A stretch of DNA of 64,000 nucleotides, taken from NCBI GenBank assembly GCA_946965045.2, contig OX337233.1:2914001-2978000 (forward strand), in the 5' to 3' direction. This stretch comes from Epithemia pelagica. Taxonomy: Eukaryota; Protista; Bacillariophyta. A model generated the notes under the pieces. That model had not been told where the DNA came from. It saw only the letters and a program-made list of their open reading frames with translations, and did no database searches. Position 1 is the stretch's first letter, and every line of letters begins with the position of its first letter. A program made the position numbers and the translations under genes. Positions 29,351 to 39,071 of this stretch are shown piece by piece.

Positions 29351-32197
29351 TCAAGAATTATTTCTCGCGTCGTTGAAGGCCTTCTTGTAAAATGACGACA
29401 TAGCTGGGCCTTTACCATGTTCTCGAGGGTCGGCATGACTGAAATGGCATTGGTTTCCATTTTTGCAATATTTCAAGGTAAAGAGCTTATTGCAAAACGG
29501 ACGGTCAACACCATCGGCCGTCATGTGGGGGATTTTCGCCAAAACAGAGCGAGGAAACACTCGAGAATATTGGAGGTCAGCGGGGATACACCAATCAGCC
29601 GGTGAGTCGAATCGGACAACCGTTGGTGGAGAAGGGTCGGGTTCAACAGAGGCCTTGCGTTTCTTGGGGTTTGTCGAAGTAGAGGAAGAAGCCGACGAAT
29701 TCTTGAGAAAGTCATGTTGAGTCTTAGCTTTTGCCCGAATCGCTGATTCGATAAACTTCGGCAGCATCTTACAAATATCTTCTTTTGATTCGATCTTGTC
29801 GCAGAGTTTATTTATATGGAACTCAAGGCGGTCGCAACGGATATCCTCAACACACTTGGCGTCTTCAAGATACGAATCGATAAATCGTTGAATCGCAAAA
29901 TCAATCGAGAAAAGGACACGACAAAGGAAGGTAGGGTCAACTGCCTGGCTGCTGCGGTAAATATATCGGTTCGATAAGATGTGCTCCACCATCTTATGGA
30001 GTTGGAGGGCAACGAAACATTCGTTGTTCCAAATCGCGCATGCAAAGAGATAAAATGAACGGAGTTGTGTTTGATACTCATCACAGGTAAGTGGACAAAA
30101 AAGCTTTTCGTTCACAAAAATATCTCTCATGTCTTTGGTTGAAAGCCCGTTATCGCTCCGCAATGAGCTCTCGTAGATAGCATGTTGAATGTCATGGTCG
30201 AGAGCAAGGTGGGAGTCAGGACCCGAACAACAGTAAGGATCGAAAGAGAAAGGAGAAAATCCGCTCGGATGGTCATTTCCTCGCCAACGGAGTCCAAACT
30301 TTTGTAAAACGCCACATTGACCAAAAAGGATGTAACAGGCGTTGTCTGATTTCCGAAAGACACGAGCGTGAATCGTCGAATAAAGAGTATGCGTACTCTT
30401 CTGATGGAACAACTCGGTCGCGATCTCGGAAGGAGAAGAAGGGAGTTCCAATGAGGAAGGACCAACCTGGCCAAACACTATGGCGTTACGAAGATGGGTA
30501 GTGTGTTTGAAAATCTCTTTCTTTTCGTCTTCTTTCTCACGTGTCATCTTGGAAGTGTGCTTAGCAATGGCGTCAGACAACTTATCGGTAAGCTTCTCAG
30601 TCATGTAAATTGTATCAGCTGAAATGGGATGGCTTGCGGCTGAATGTTCATTGACTCTAAAGTTCTCAAATGTTGGCGGATGACCGTGGGGAGGGGCAAC
30701 AGGGGCGTCCAGCACAGGTGGAGGGAGGATACCTTGGGGAGAAGAAGAAGTTGGTTCGGTTTTCAGAAAGGGGAATAGCTGAAACTTGTATGACTCAAAG
30801 GCAGTCGTCGCTTCAGATGAGTTAGGGGGAACCTCAATGGCAATAGGTTCCACATATGACCGTTTGTGATGAGCAAACCAGAGGAACCTAAACAGAGGGA
30901 GGCTCGACTTGAACAGGTCATGATACATAGGGACTGAGGTGCACTTGGCTTGAAGTTCTTGGGGAGTTGACATTGTCCAACGATCATTCAGAAACTTGAA
31001 AATGAATGAAGCGAGGAAAGGGGCCGAGAGTTTTGAGGAGTTGAGTTCTTGGGCGTCAAAGTGACTCAACAATAAACCTGAGAGAGCAGGATGTAGGGGG
31101 AACAAACCTTTCAAGGAGAAGGTAGTCGCTGCTTCATCCAAGTCTGCAGTCGGCTTCTTGAGGGAGCCAAATCGAAGGGTATCGAAATGGAAGGAGGGCA
31201 ATGTATCGGCTGCACGGGATTTCTTAGACGAAGAAGGAGCATTCTTGTCGATACAACAAAACTTCATAATCTCGTGAGCTGAAGGTACATCAGGATACTC
31301 GACTGAAAGAAGTAGAGCATCCACATCTTCGGGATCCAACCAAATAGGGGGTGAGTTGAACTTGCAATGGGAAAGACCAAAGAAAATCGGATCGGGGTTC
31401 ACGAAGTTTCCGGTGTTCGGGGCCACCAATAAGTTGTGGAGGATACGGATCTTGCCGCGACGGTCAACACCTAAAAAGGCCAATGGGGTATTGGAACCAA
31501 GGTCGCAGGAGATAAAGCGTTGGAGCTTTTCTGCACAAGAAACGGTATCAAACTTGTCGAAGAATTCAGACCAGGAGTTCGACGATTTATCCAAAGATCG
31601 GTGAAAGGGTGAGCTAAAAGCGTCAGACCAATCTACAGGATTCATTGAATCGACCAGTTCAAGAGTATCTTGGGAGAACGGGATAGGAACTCGGTAAAGA
31701 TCAGAGGGACGGGACAGGGAAGTCGGCGTCTTGGTGTCATCCTCGGATCCACGTGGGGGCTGATTGCGATTAGAAGAAACAAAATCCTTTTTCGAAATCT
31801 TCTTATGGGTTACCTTGGAGGAGGCAGAAGATTTCTTGGAGGTGTAGTTCGCCGGGGTAGTACCTTCATCATCCTGATTGGGATTAAGAGAGGGTTGCAC
31901 CGCTTTCTTCGACAGCTTCGTACTCTTGGACGAACGGGACTCGAGACTTCCGGAACTGTTCGAACGAGTGCAACGACGACCGTGGCCAGAGTCTTCGACA
32001 GAAGGAGGGTTACCATCAAGACTCAACAAATCATCATCATCGTTCGTACCGTAATGGGATTCGGGCTGGGAAGGCTGCGAGATAAACTGAGCCAAAGTAG
32101 CAGTCCCGTTGCCCTCAGTACCACCAGAATCAGAAGGAGAAACCGTGTCTTCCATGTTGGAAAACATCTCGTCGTCAAAGGCAGTAGTAACAGTCAT
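29351..32197 (-). CDS. Gag-like ORF1 of the retrotransposon with a C-terminal CCCH zinc finger
   Basis: 948-aa ORF whose ATG lies 17 nt after A1. It ends with C-x8-C-x5-C-x3-H (CNKLFTLKYCKNGNQCHFSH). Confidence 0.85.
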   Translation of the reverse strand: MTVTTAFDDEMFSNMEDTVSPSDSGGTEGNGTATLAQFISQPSQPESHYGTNDDDDLLSLDGNPPSVEDSGHGRRCTRSNSSGSLESRSSKSTKLSKKAVQPSLNPNQDDEGTTPANYTSKKSSASSKVTHKKISKKDFVSSNRNQPPRGSEDDTKTPTSLSRPSDLYRVPIPFSQDTLELVDSMNPVDWSDAFSSPFHRSLDKSSNSWSEFFDKFDTVSCAEKLQRFISCDLGSNTPLAFLGVDRRGKIRILHNLLVAPNTGNFVNPDPIFFGLSHCKFNSPPIWLDPEDVDALLLSVEYPDVPSAHEIMKFCCIDKNAPSSSKKSRAADTLPSFHFDTLRFGSLKKPTADLDEAATTFSLKGLFPLHPALSGLLLSHFDAQELNSSKLSAPFLASFIFKFLNDRWTMSTPQELQAKCTSVPMYHDLFKSSLPLFRFLWFAHHKRSYVEPIAIEVPPNSSEATTAFESYKFQLFPFLKTEPTSSSPQGILPPPVLDAPVAPPHGHPPTFENFRVNEHSAASHPISADTIYMTEKLTDKLSDAIAKHTSKMTREKEDEKKEIFKHTTHLRNAIVFGQVGPSSLELPSSPSEIATELFHQKSTHTLYSTIHARVFRKSDNACYILFGQCGVLQKFGLRWRGNDHPSGFSPFSFDPYCCSGPDSHLALDHDIQHAIYESSLRSDNGLSTKDMRDIFVNEKLFCPLTCDEYQTQLRSFYLFACAIWNNECFVALQLHKMVEHILSNRYIYRSSQAVDPTFLCRVLFSIDFAIQRFIDSYLEDAKCVEDIRCDRLEFHINKLCDKIESKEDICKMLPKFIESAIRAKAKTQHDFLKNSSASSSTSTNPKKRKASVEPDPSPPTVVRFDSPADWCIPADLQYSRVFPRSVLAKIPHMTADGVDRPFCNKLFTLKYCKNGNQCHFSHADPREHGKGPAMSSFYKKAFNDARNNS

Positions 32198-32214
32198 CGT
32201 AGATCCAAAGTTGT

Positions 32215-32391
32215 TTTTGATTGTCTTAGTCTATCTATCTCTGTGTAGACCTCTCAAGATGGCAGTTGCAATGCTCGCAATCTCAAGAATTGTGAGCATG
32301 GACATCGCATCAGAGATGTCCAAGTCCGGTGGGGCTTGTCGTAGTCTATGTGCGATCAACTGCCCCGCTCCAACGTACGCACGACAGACAC
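32215..32391 (-). repeat. Split direct repeat A1 (177 bp), 5' end of the element
   Basis: Identical by eye to 24624-24800. Confidence 0.95.
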
Positions 32392-32949
32392 GAACGAAGT
32401 TTCTTTTCCTCGTGCGTTTTGAGGTGAAACCCGTGAAACGTTGGTGGGGGGCCCCCTCGAATTTCGCGGTGTGTGGATTGTGGATAGTTAATTGGACATG
32501 TAGTCGGAGTCACGACATCATCCGTTTATCTCTCATGATTGTGCATGTGCATAATGTAAGAATTACAATAGATGTAGATGTAGGGGTAAGATATCATATC
32601 TATTGGTAACTGGTTACTCCAAATCCGAATGGCTCTTCAGTTTGGTGCAGATTAGACTACCAAACTGGAGTTTTAGGTCGAATCCTGAACGATTCTGCGA
32701 GAAGACTTCACAATTCAAAATGGAAGCGCTCTATATACCCGTCTCATGCAGATCAATTTCAAATGAGGAGACGTAGGAGCACTTCTCTGAGACTGTTTTG
32801 TAGGAGTATTTTGAAGGCAAACTATGATTGCTACGGAGTTATGCTTTTGCTACCTCTCATTATTATCGCTATCTACTATCTACCCCTTTTCGTCCTTTCC
32901 GTTTTTTGGCGGGCCTTTACTCCCACCAATCATTACCGCCGTTTTCACC

Positions 32950-35900
32950 ATGGACGAGAAAGACGAAACAATGGATGGGAAGAACGTCCCAGGGAAAAAG
33001 AGCACTGAAAGTGCAGAAGAATCGGATGTGGAGATGGACGGAATTGACCTTGAAGGAGACAATGACGTCCAAGGTGACGATGGTGACGACGCTGCCATGG
33101 AGATAGAGAACGATGCTGACGATAAGGATGAAAATGGGGAAGAACAGGAAAATTTGGAGGCGGAAGAAGTTGAAGAGGCGCGTCGAGAGAGGCGTGAACT
33201 ACTTGCGTCGGAGCAGGCGGAAGAGAAAGAATCGACTCAAGAATCGTCCTCAGTGAATATGGGCTCGAAACTCGATTACCTGGTTCAGCAATCCGACGTT
33301 TTTGCACATTTTCTAGCGGGTACCGTTGCTGCGAATGAAAGCAGGAAAAAGAAAGGTTCATCGTCGGGATCGGGCAGAGGAACGAAAAAGGGTCGACTTT
33401 CGGAAGCAGAAGAAGATGCGCGGATGCTAAAGTCAGCCGACAGTCGGCGACGAATCATTCGAGTGGACCAACAGCCCTCCTTAATTTCAAAGGCATGCAA
33501 AATGCATGACTATCAAATGGAAGGTCTGAATTGGCTTATCAAACTTCATGATCATGGGATTAACGGGATTCTTGCGGATGAGATGGGTAAGTTCTCCTCT
33601 TATGGTTATTCTGTTATACGTATCTGTGAATGCAAGGTCTCTCACCTAACATGTTGTCTACGTAGGATTGGGAAAGACGCTGCAGACAATCTCCCTTTTG
33701 GCCTATTTAAGAGAGAGCCGTGGTGTACGAGGTGAGGCCTTAGTATTAAGGATGATTGTCCTGTTTGTTTCTCTCCATCAACTCAACGTCTTGTTGCTTG
33801 TTGTGTTGTGTTGTGATCTCTTAGGTCCACATATCGTTATAGTTCCCAAGTCGGTCGTAGGCAATTGGATTCGGGAGTTCAAGAAATGGTGTCCAGCAAT
33901 TCGTGCTGTTAAGATGGGTGGAACCAAGGAGGAAAGAGAAACGTTTATAAAAAATGAACTGGACATGGACTCCAAAACCAAACGTCACAAATTTGATGTT
34001 GTTGTAACTTCGTACGAAGGAATGCTGAAGGAAAAGGGTAAATTTTCAAAGATTTCGTGGAATTATGTGATCATAGGTACGAAAGAAAAGAGAAAGATGT
34101 GTTCCGTCTGTCCGATCAAGTTTCTTAATCATTGTTTTTTGTGAAGATGAGGCCCACAGAATTAAGAACGAACAATCGAGTCTTTCAAAGGCTGTCCGAA
34201 TGATGAACACCCAATTCCGCCTTCTTATCACTGGAACCCCGCTTCAGAATAATCTTGTGAGTACGATTCCCTCTATCCGGAGCATATCAGTCTTTTCGAA
34301 TCTCATCAATTTTCTGTGCATCCGAACCGCAGAGAGAGCTTTGGGCGTTGCTTAACTTTCTGGTAAGTTCCTCAGGTATGAAGTCAGACATCTTTCTACT
34401 TATCTCATATGTTTGTAGCTGCCCGAGGTATTTGGGGATGCTGATCAGTTTGATGAATGGTTTAGTTTATCGGATGAATCAGGCAAGGAGAATGTTGTTA
34501 AGAAACTACACACCGTGTTGCGTCCATTCATGCTGCGACGAGTTAAAAAAGACGTCGCCACAGCCCTTCCTCCGAAGACGGAAACGAAGCTTTTCATTGG
34601 TCTCACAAAAATGCAGCAAGAATGGTATGTCCGCTGTCTACAAAAGGATGCACACGAACTCAATAAGCTTGGTGGACCGGATCGGAATCGATTGATGAAT
34701 GTTTTGATGCAGCTACGGAAAGTATGCAACCACCCGTACCTCTTCGACGGTGCTGAACCTGGTCCGCCGTTTTCCGACGGGCCTCATCTTTGGGAGAACT
34801 CGGGGAAGATGCAGTTGTTGCACAAGCTGTTGACGAAACTGAAAAGTCGAGATAGTCGCGTCCTTATCTTTAGTCAGATGACTCGTGTGCTTGATATTCT
34901 GGAGGACTATCTAAGGCTCATTGGTTTCGAATACTGCCGAATAGATGGGAACACGGATGGAATTAAGCGAGATCTGCAGGTTGACGAGTTCAACATGGAG
35001 GGTTCAAAAAAGTTTTGCTTCTTGCTTAGCACACGAGCGGGCGGTAAGTGAAAGTTGCATTTTTCTCAGATCTCTTTGATATGAAAGACTTGCATGCTCA
35101 CTTATGAAATTGCAGGACTTGGACTTAACTTGGCCACCGCCGACACAGTAATTCTTTACGACAGGTACGTGCTGAGAGCTACATCTGGTTGCCTTCACAC
35201 ATCTAATCTCACCTCTGTGCCCTTGTCAGTGACTGGAATCCTCAGGTTGATTTACAAGCAAGTAAGTTATGGTTTTGAATCTTTGATTGTAATTCCTGCC
35301 CCTTCTAAAGCGTTCCTGTGTTTGGTTTTACAGTGGATCGGGCACATCGTATCGGGCAAAAGAAACCTGTAAAGGTAAGACATTTTGACATGATTGCCAT
35401 TTTCCCATCCCCCGAAATAACTCATGCTTCCTTCTCGTGCCATAGGTGTTTCGATTTATCACCGAGGGGACCGTTGAAGAGAAAATCATTGAGCGGGCAG
35501 ATCGAAAACTGTTTCTTGATGCTGCGGTCATTCAACAGGGGCGACTGGCGGAGCAAAACAAAACTTTGGAGAAAGCTGATCTCATGAAGATGGTTCGTTT
35601 CGGTGCCGATGAAATTCTTAGCGGAAAAGGCGGCACGTACACAGATGAGGATGTGGATGCTCTCATCGCAAAAGGAGAGGAGCGCACAAGTCAACTGCAA
35701 GCCAAACTTCAAACCGATGCCAAACACAATTTGGCTAACTTCAGCTTGCTTGCAGACGATGAAACAGGACGGGATACTTTTTCGTTCGATGGAAAGAACT
35801 ATCGTGAAGCCGATAAAAACACAGGAAACTTCATTAACCTTCCACAGCGTCAACGGAAGAGGACGTACGCAGACGTGTCTGCTGTTGATAAGGCGAGTAG

Positions 35901-36936
35901 TTCGGCGAAGGCTCAGGCAGAGGCCGCAAAGAGGAAAAAGAAAGGTCCTGCATTGCATGACTTTCAGCTATTTGATATGGGGCGCTTGAATACTCTTCTT
36001 GAGAAGGAGCGCAGTCTGTCAGCAAAAAGGGACTTGCAACTGAAGCGAATTGAGGAGCTGGACTCAAGGGCAAAGTCGGCACAATCTCGTGGACCTGGTG
36101 ACATGTCGAGTGGCCAGTTCAAAGAAGACTATCAACGACAATCCGGTCTGATGCATGCCCAGCTCGACCAGCTCAGGCTTTCCGACCAGGAAGAGCTTGA
36201 GAAGACGAAGCTGCTCGCAGAAGGGTTCCCCGATTGGAGTAGAAAGGATTTCAAGTCTTTCTGTACAGCTCTGGAACGTTATGGAAGATACGAGTTCCAC
36301 CGGATCTCAAGCGATGTCATGAATGAAACAGGCAAGGACTTATCCGAGGTCCGACGTTACTTTGTGGCTTTCTTTACAAACTATACGAGGATCAACGACT
36401 GGCAAAAGATTCTGGACAGAGTTGAAAGAGGCGAAAAGAAGATTCTCCGTCTCCGCCAGATCCGGGATGCCATTCAGGAGAAAGTTGAGCGGCACCTCGA
36501 AGACACGTTTGGAGAATACTATGGAGATCAGAGCGATGGACAAAAGAAACTTCCGTCCGTTGCCGAACTTATTCATTACTCATGGCCGAGAATGAGGATT
36601 AACTATGGTTCGGGTGCAAGGGGACGTGGATACCAAGAAGAGGAAGATGCTTTCCTTGTTTGCATGATGTATCGCCATGGCTTTGGTGCGGCGGAGCGAA
36701 TCCGTATGGAAATTCGACGGGCCTGGCAATTTCGATTCAACTGGTACTTTAAATCTCGGTCGGCACAAGATATTCAAAAGCGATGTGATCTATTGGTGCG
36801 CATTATTGAACGGGAGAATGCAGAGATTCATCAAAAGGAAGAAGAAGAAGAACGCAAGGCTCAAGAGAAAGAGCAACAAGGAGCTGCGGACGCAACGAAT
36901 GAAACGAAAGCACCAGAGACTCCAGTTGCAAAGTGA
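32950..36936 (+). CDS. ISWI: ISWI (SMARCA5/SNF2H-like) chromatin-remodelling ATPase, multi-exon
   Basis: SNF2 motifs [24 protein letters not shown]|[65 protein letters not shown], followed by HAND/SANT/SLIDE ([27 protein letters not shown]). Canonical GT-AG introns. Confidence 0.96.
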
Positions 36937-37230
36937 TGTGCTCGTACAAATGACTTCCCACGGAAGCCGTTAAACATTGGGAAATCGAGCCATGTAAAAT
37001 TTACCCACTCGTATCACGTTCATTCTTTTCTACCATTTTACTCCTTGTTATTAAGAGGATGCGGAAATAAGATAAACTTTGATCACGGTTTATACTTCTT
37101 GCATCTCTACTCCACTTCGATACCTCTCTTCTCCGCTCTACTAGAGGTAGTTTAAGGGGGAATAGCTAGCCGCGAGCTATCCCTCCTGTGGTTAGACCCC
37201 CACAAGAACTTATGGGCCGCCACAACGGCA

Positions 37231-38175
37231 ATGGCGTTCTTATTACGGTCGAAACGAGGATCGGTCAGATTGCCTGTATTACGCTCCTGCAGTTGTGTGT
37301 TGTTGATCTACCTTACTTCGACATGGGCACTTTGTGTGGATAAGGACGCACGTATATGCCTTCCAGGGTCGAGACATCATACATCTTCGTCGTCTGCGGC
37401 ACAGCAGTTGGCGGTTGTGACGGAGCAGCTCGGATATGTGCCATCCAATTATGTCCGCGTCTCGGCTTGGAGCCTCAGAGGCGATACTCCTATTGCGATA
37501 CAGACTTATCCATTGAACGGAGGGTCTCCACGACGTCAGGCAAAGGCGACATCAGGGCACAACGAAGGCTTGTCATCCAATGGCAATCAGATTAGCGCCA
37601 CTTCGATTGGGACGCCTTTTCCAACCTTTTACTGGCTTACATGTCCTATGCTGGGTCGAGCGATTGGTCATTTGGAAGGTAACGGATATGTGTCAAAAAT
37701 TCAAAGTCAGATCCGTGAGAATGACGTGCTTTCCAGACTGCTCCTCGATTGTCACCGACAATACGCAGAGATGCGATGGAATAGTCTATCACAAGAACAT
37801 CAAAGTGTGTTGCTTGCGAACAATGCATCTTCGTCTCTTGTTCGGAAAAGGGAAATGCTGCAATTCTCAGGAATCGCGGGCACAAACATTACACAATACC
37901 AAGACCAGCACGAGCCATCAGGTTCTGGCCTGTTTGTTCCATCGATCAAGTGTTTGCATACACATTATGCGCACTATCGCTCCCAGCTCCAAAATCTTCA
38001 GATTCTTCCCCCAGAAACGTCGCAAACGGACGATTATTCGGTGCTGATAAATTCGCTGGATGCATTCCATTCCGACACTCTGCGGGAAGGACCAAGCCAA
38101 CCCTATGTGTTGAATCCAGTGGGTCATTTGGTGCACCTTCAACTCTGTTCCGACTTTCGCGACTTGTTACTTTGA
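37231..38175 (+). CDS. DUF501-like protein with an N-terminal hydrophobic leader
   Basis: Q+G..P, GTPFPTFYWLTCP, G.LE..G, GIAG and IKCLHTHYAH match the DUF501 pattern as I recall it. Confidence 0.75.
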   Translation: MAFLLRSKRGSVRLPVLRSCSCVLLIYLTSTWALCVDKDARICLPGSRHHTSSSSAAQQLAVVTEQLGYVPSNYVRVSAWSLRGDTPIAIQTYPLNGGSPRRQAKATSGHNEGLSSNGNQISATSIGTPFPTFYWLTCPMLGRAIGHLEGNGYVSKIQSQIRENDVLSRLLLDCHRQYAEMRWNSLSQEHQSVLLANNASSSLVRKREMLQFSGIAGTNITQYQDQHEPSGSGLFVPSIKCLHTHYAHYRSQLQNLQILPPETSQTDDYSVLINSLDAFHSDTLREGPSQPYVLNPVGHLVHLQLCSDFRDLLL

Positions 38176-38205
38176 ACGAAGCGCTGTATCCAAGCTACAT
38201 GCTGT

Positions 38206-38593
38206 AGTTAAGGAATCTTGTGAATCTAACCGGTCACAATGTACATGTGTAACACATAATGTGGAACACATTATGTGGGTTGAACGTTCAGTCACAAGCA
38301 CATTATGTGGTAGCAAATTTGGCAGTCGGTTAGACTATGTGCTACTCATGTGCTTGTCGTGTGATTCTCATGTGCTACATGTACTAACCATGTGTGTGAA
38401 TTTCCAAATTGGAAATTCACAAGATCATGTCGACAGATCAATTTAGTTTAATGCTCACAATCTTAGAAATTGTCCTATTGAGTTACAACTGATCTAGATC
38501 CGTCCTACTGGCTTGCCCTCAAGAGCTTGATCACCTCGAGAGTCCAAGCTAGTCCTACTGTAAGTGATACCGCTGTCTAAGTATTCCTTCGCT
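38206..38593 (+). repeat. 5' LTR (388 bp; AGTTAAGG...CCTTCGCT)
   Basis: Direct repeat of 46097-46484. Confidence 0.95.
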
Positions 38594-38605
38594 GGTTCTG
38601 AGCCC
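38594..38605 (+). other. Primer-binding site, half-tRNAiMet (Ty5/copia-type) variant GGTTCTGAGCCC
   Basis: Immediately follows the 5' LTR. One mismatch to GGTTATGAGCCC, the complement of the tRNAiMet anticodon stem-loop. Confidence 0.7.
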
Positions 38606-38731
38606 AAGTTAGTGCCTAGCCAAGCCGACGCCTCTCTGCCCGTTTGAGTGAAACGTTTCCACCATCGAAGATATCTCTCCCACCAGTTCTGGAAGTGCCT
38701 TCAGCTTTCTTGATCTGTGGGGTACCGACCA

Positions 38732-38809
38732 AGATCCAGCCGACCCCAACGAAGGTCCCACTGATCTACCAGATCCAACCGACCCCAACGAAGGTCCCAC
38801 TGATCTACC
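38732..38809 (+). repeat. 39-bp tandem duplication in the copia 5' leader
   Basis: Copies start at 38732 and 38771, with one substitution. Confidence 0.9.
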
Positions 38810-39071
38810 AAGTCCGTCCGACCCTTCTGCTCCTACTGAACCGTCTCACGTTCCCACCGAGCCTCCTACCGACTCGACTTCTCGCCCAACTGGATTATCT
38901 ATATCGTTAGATACTACTCAAGGTCCTACCGACAGCGATCCAACTGATCCTCCGAGTGAGCCTCCAACCGATCCGACACGTCCCACCGACCAGTCTACCA
39001 ACCAAGGAACCAACCAACCTCCGAATCCTCCGAACGACGACTCTGCCAAGAAGAAGAAAACAACCAAGAAG

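Larger units (their letters stand above)
24461..32391 (-). mobile_element. Tyrosine-recombinase (DIRS-order) retrotransposon with Ngaro/PAT-type split direct repeats, 7931 bp
   Basis: On the minus strand the layout is A1-gag-RT/RNaseH-YR-B1-A2-(16 nt)-B2. A copies are identical by eye and B copies differ at 1 nt. No TSD. Confidence 0.93.

Noticed and set aside
32109-32609. 166-aa + strand ORF across repeat A1 (and the 88-aa ORF across A2)
   Set aside because: These cross the element boundary into host DNA and are antisense to the element. Chance ORFs.
32636-32670. 12-bp imperfect hairpin upstream of ISWI
   Set aside because: A single isolated stem with no supporting context, within what chance could produce.
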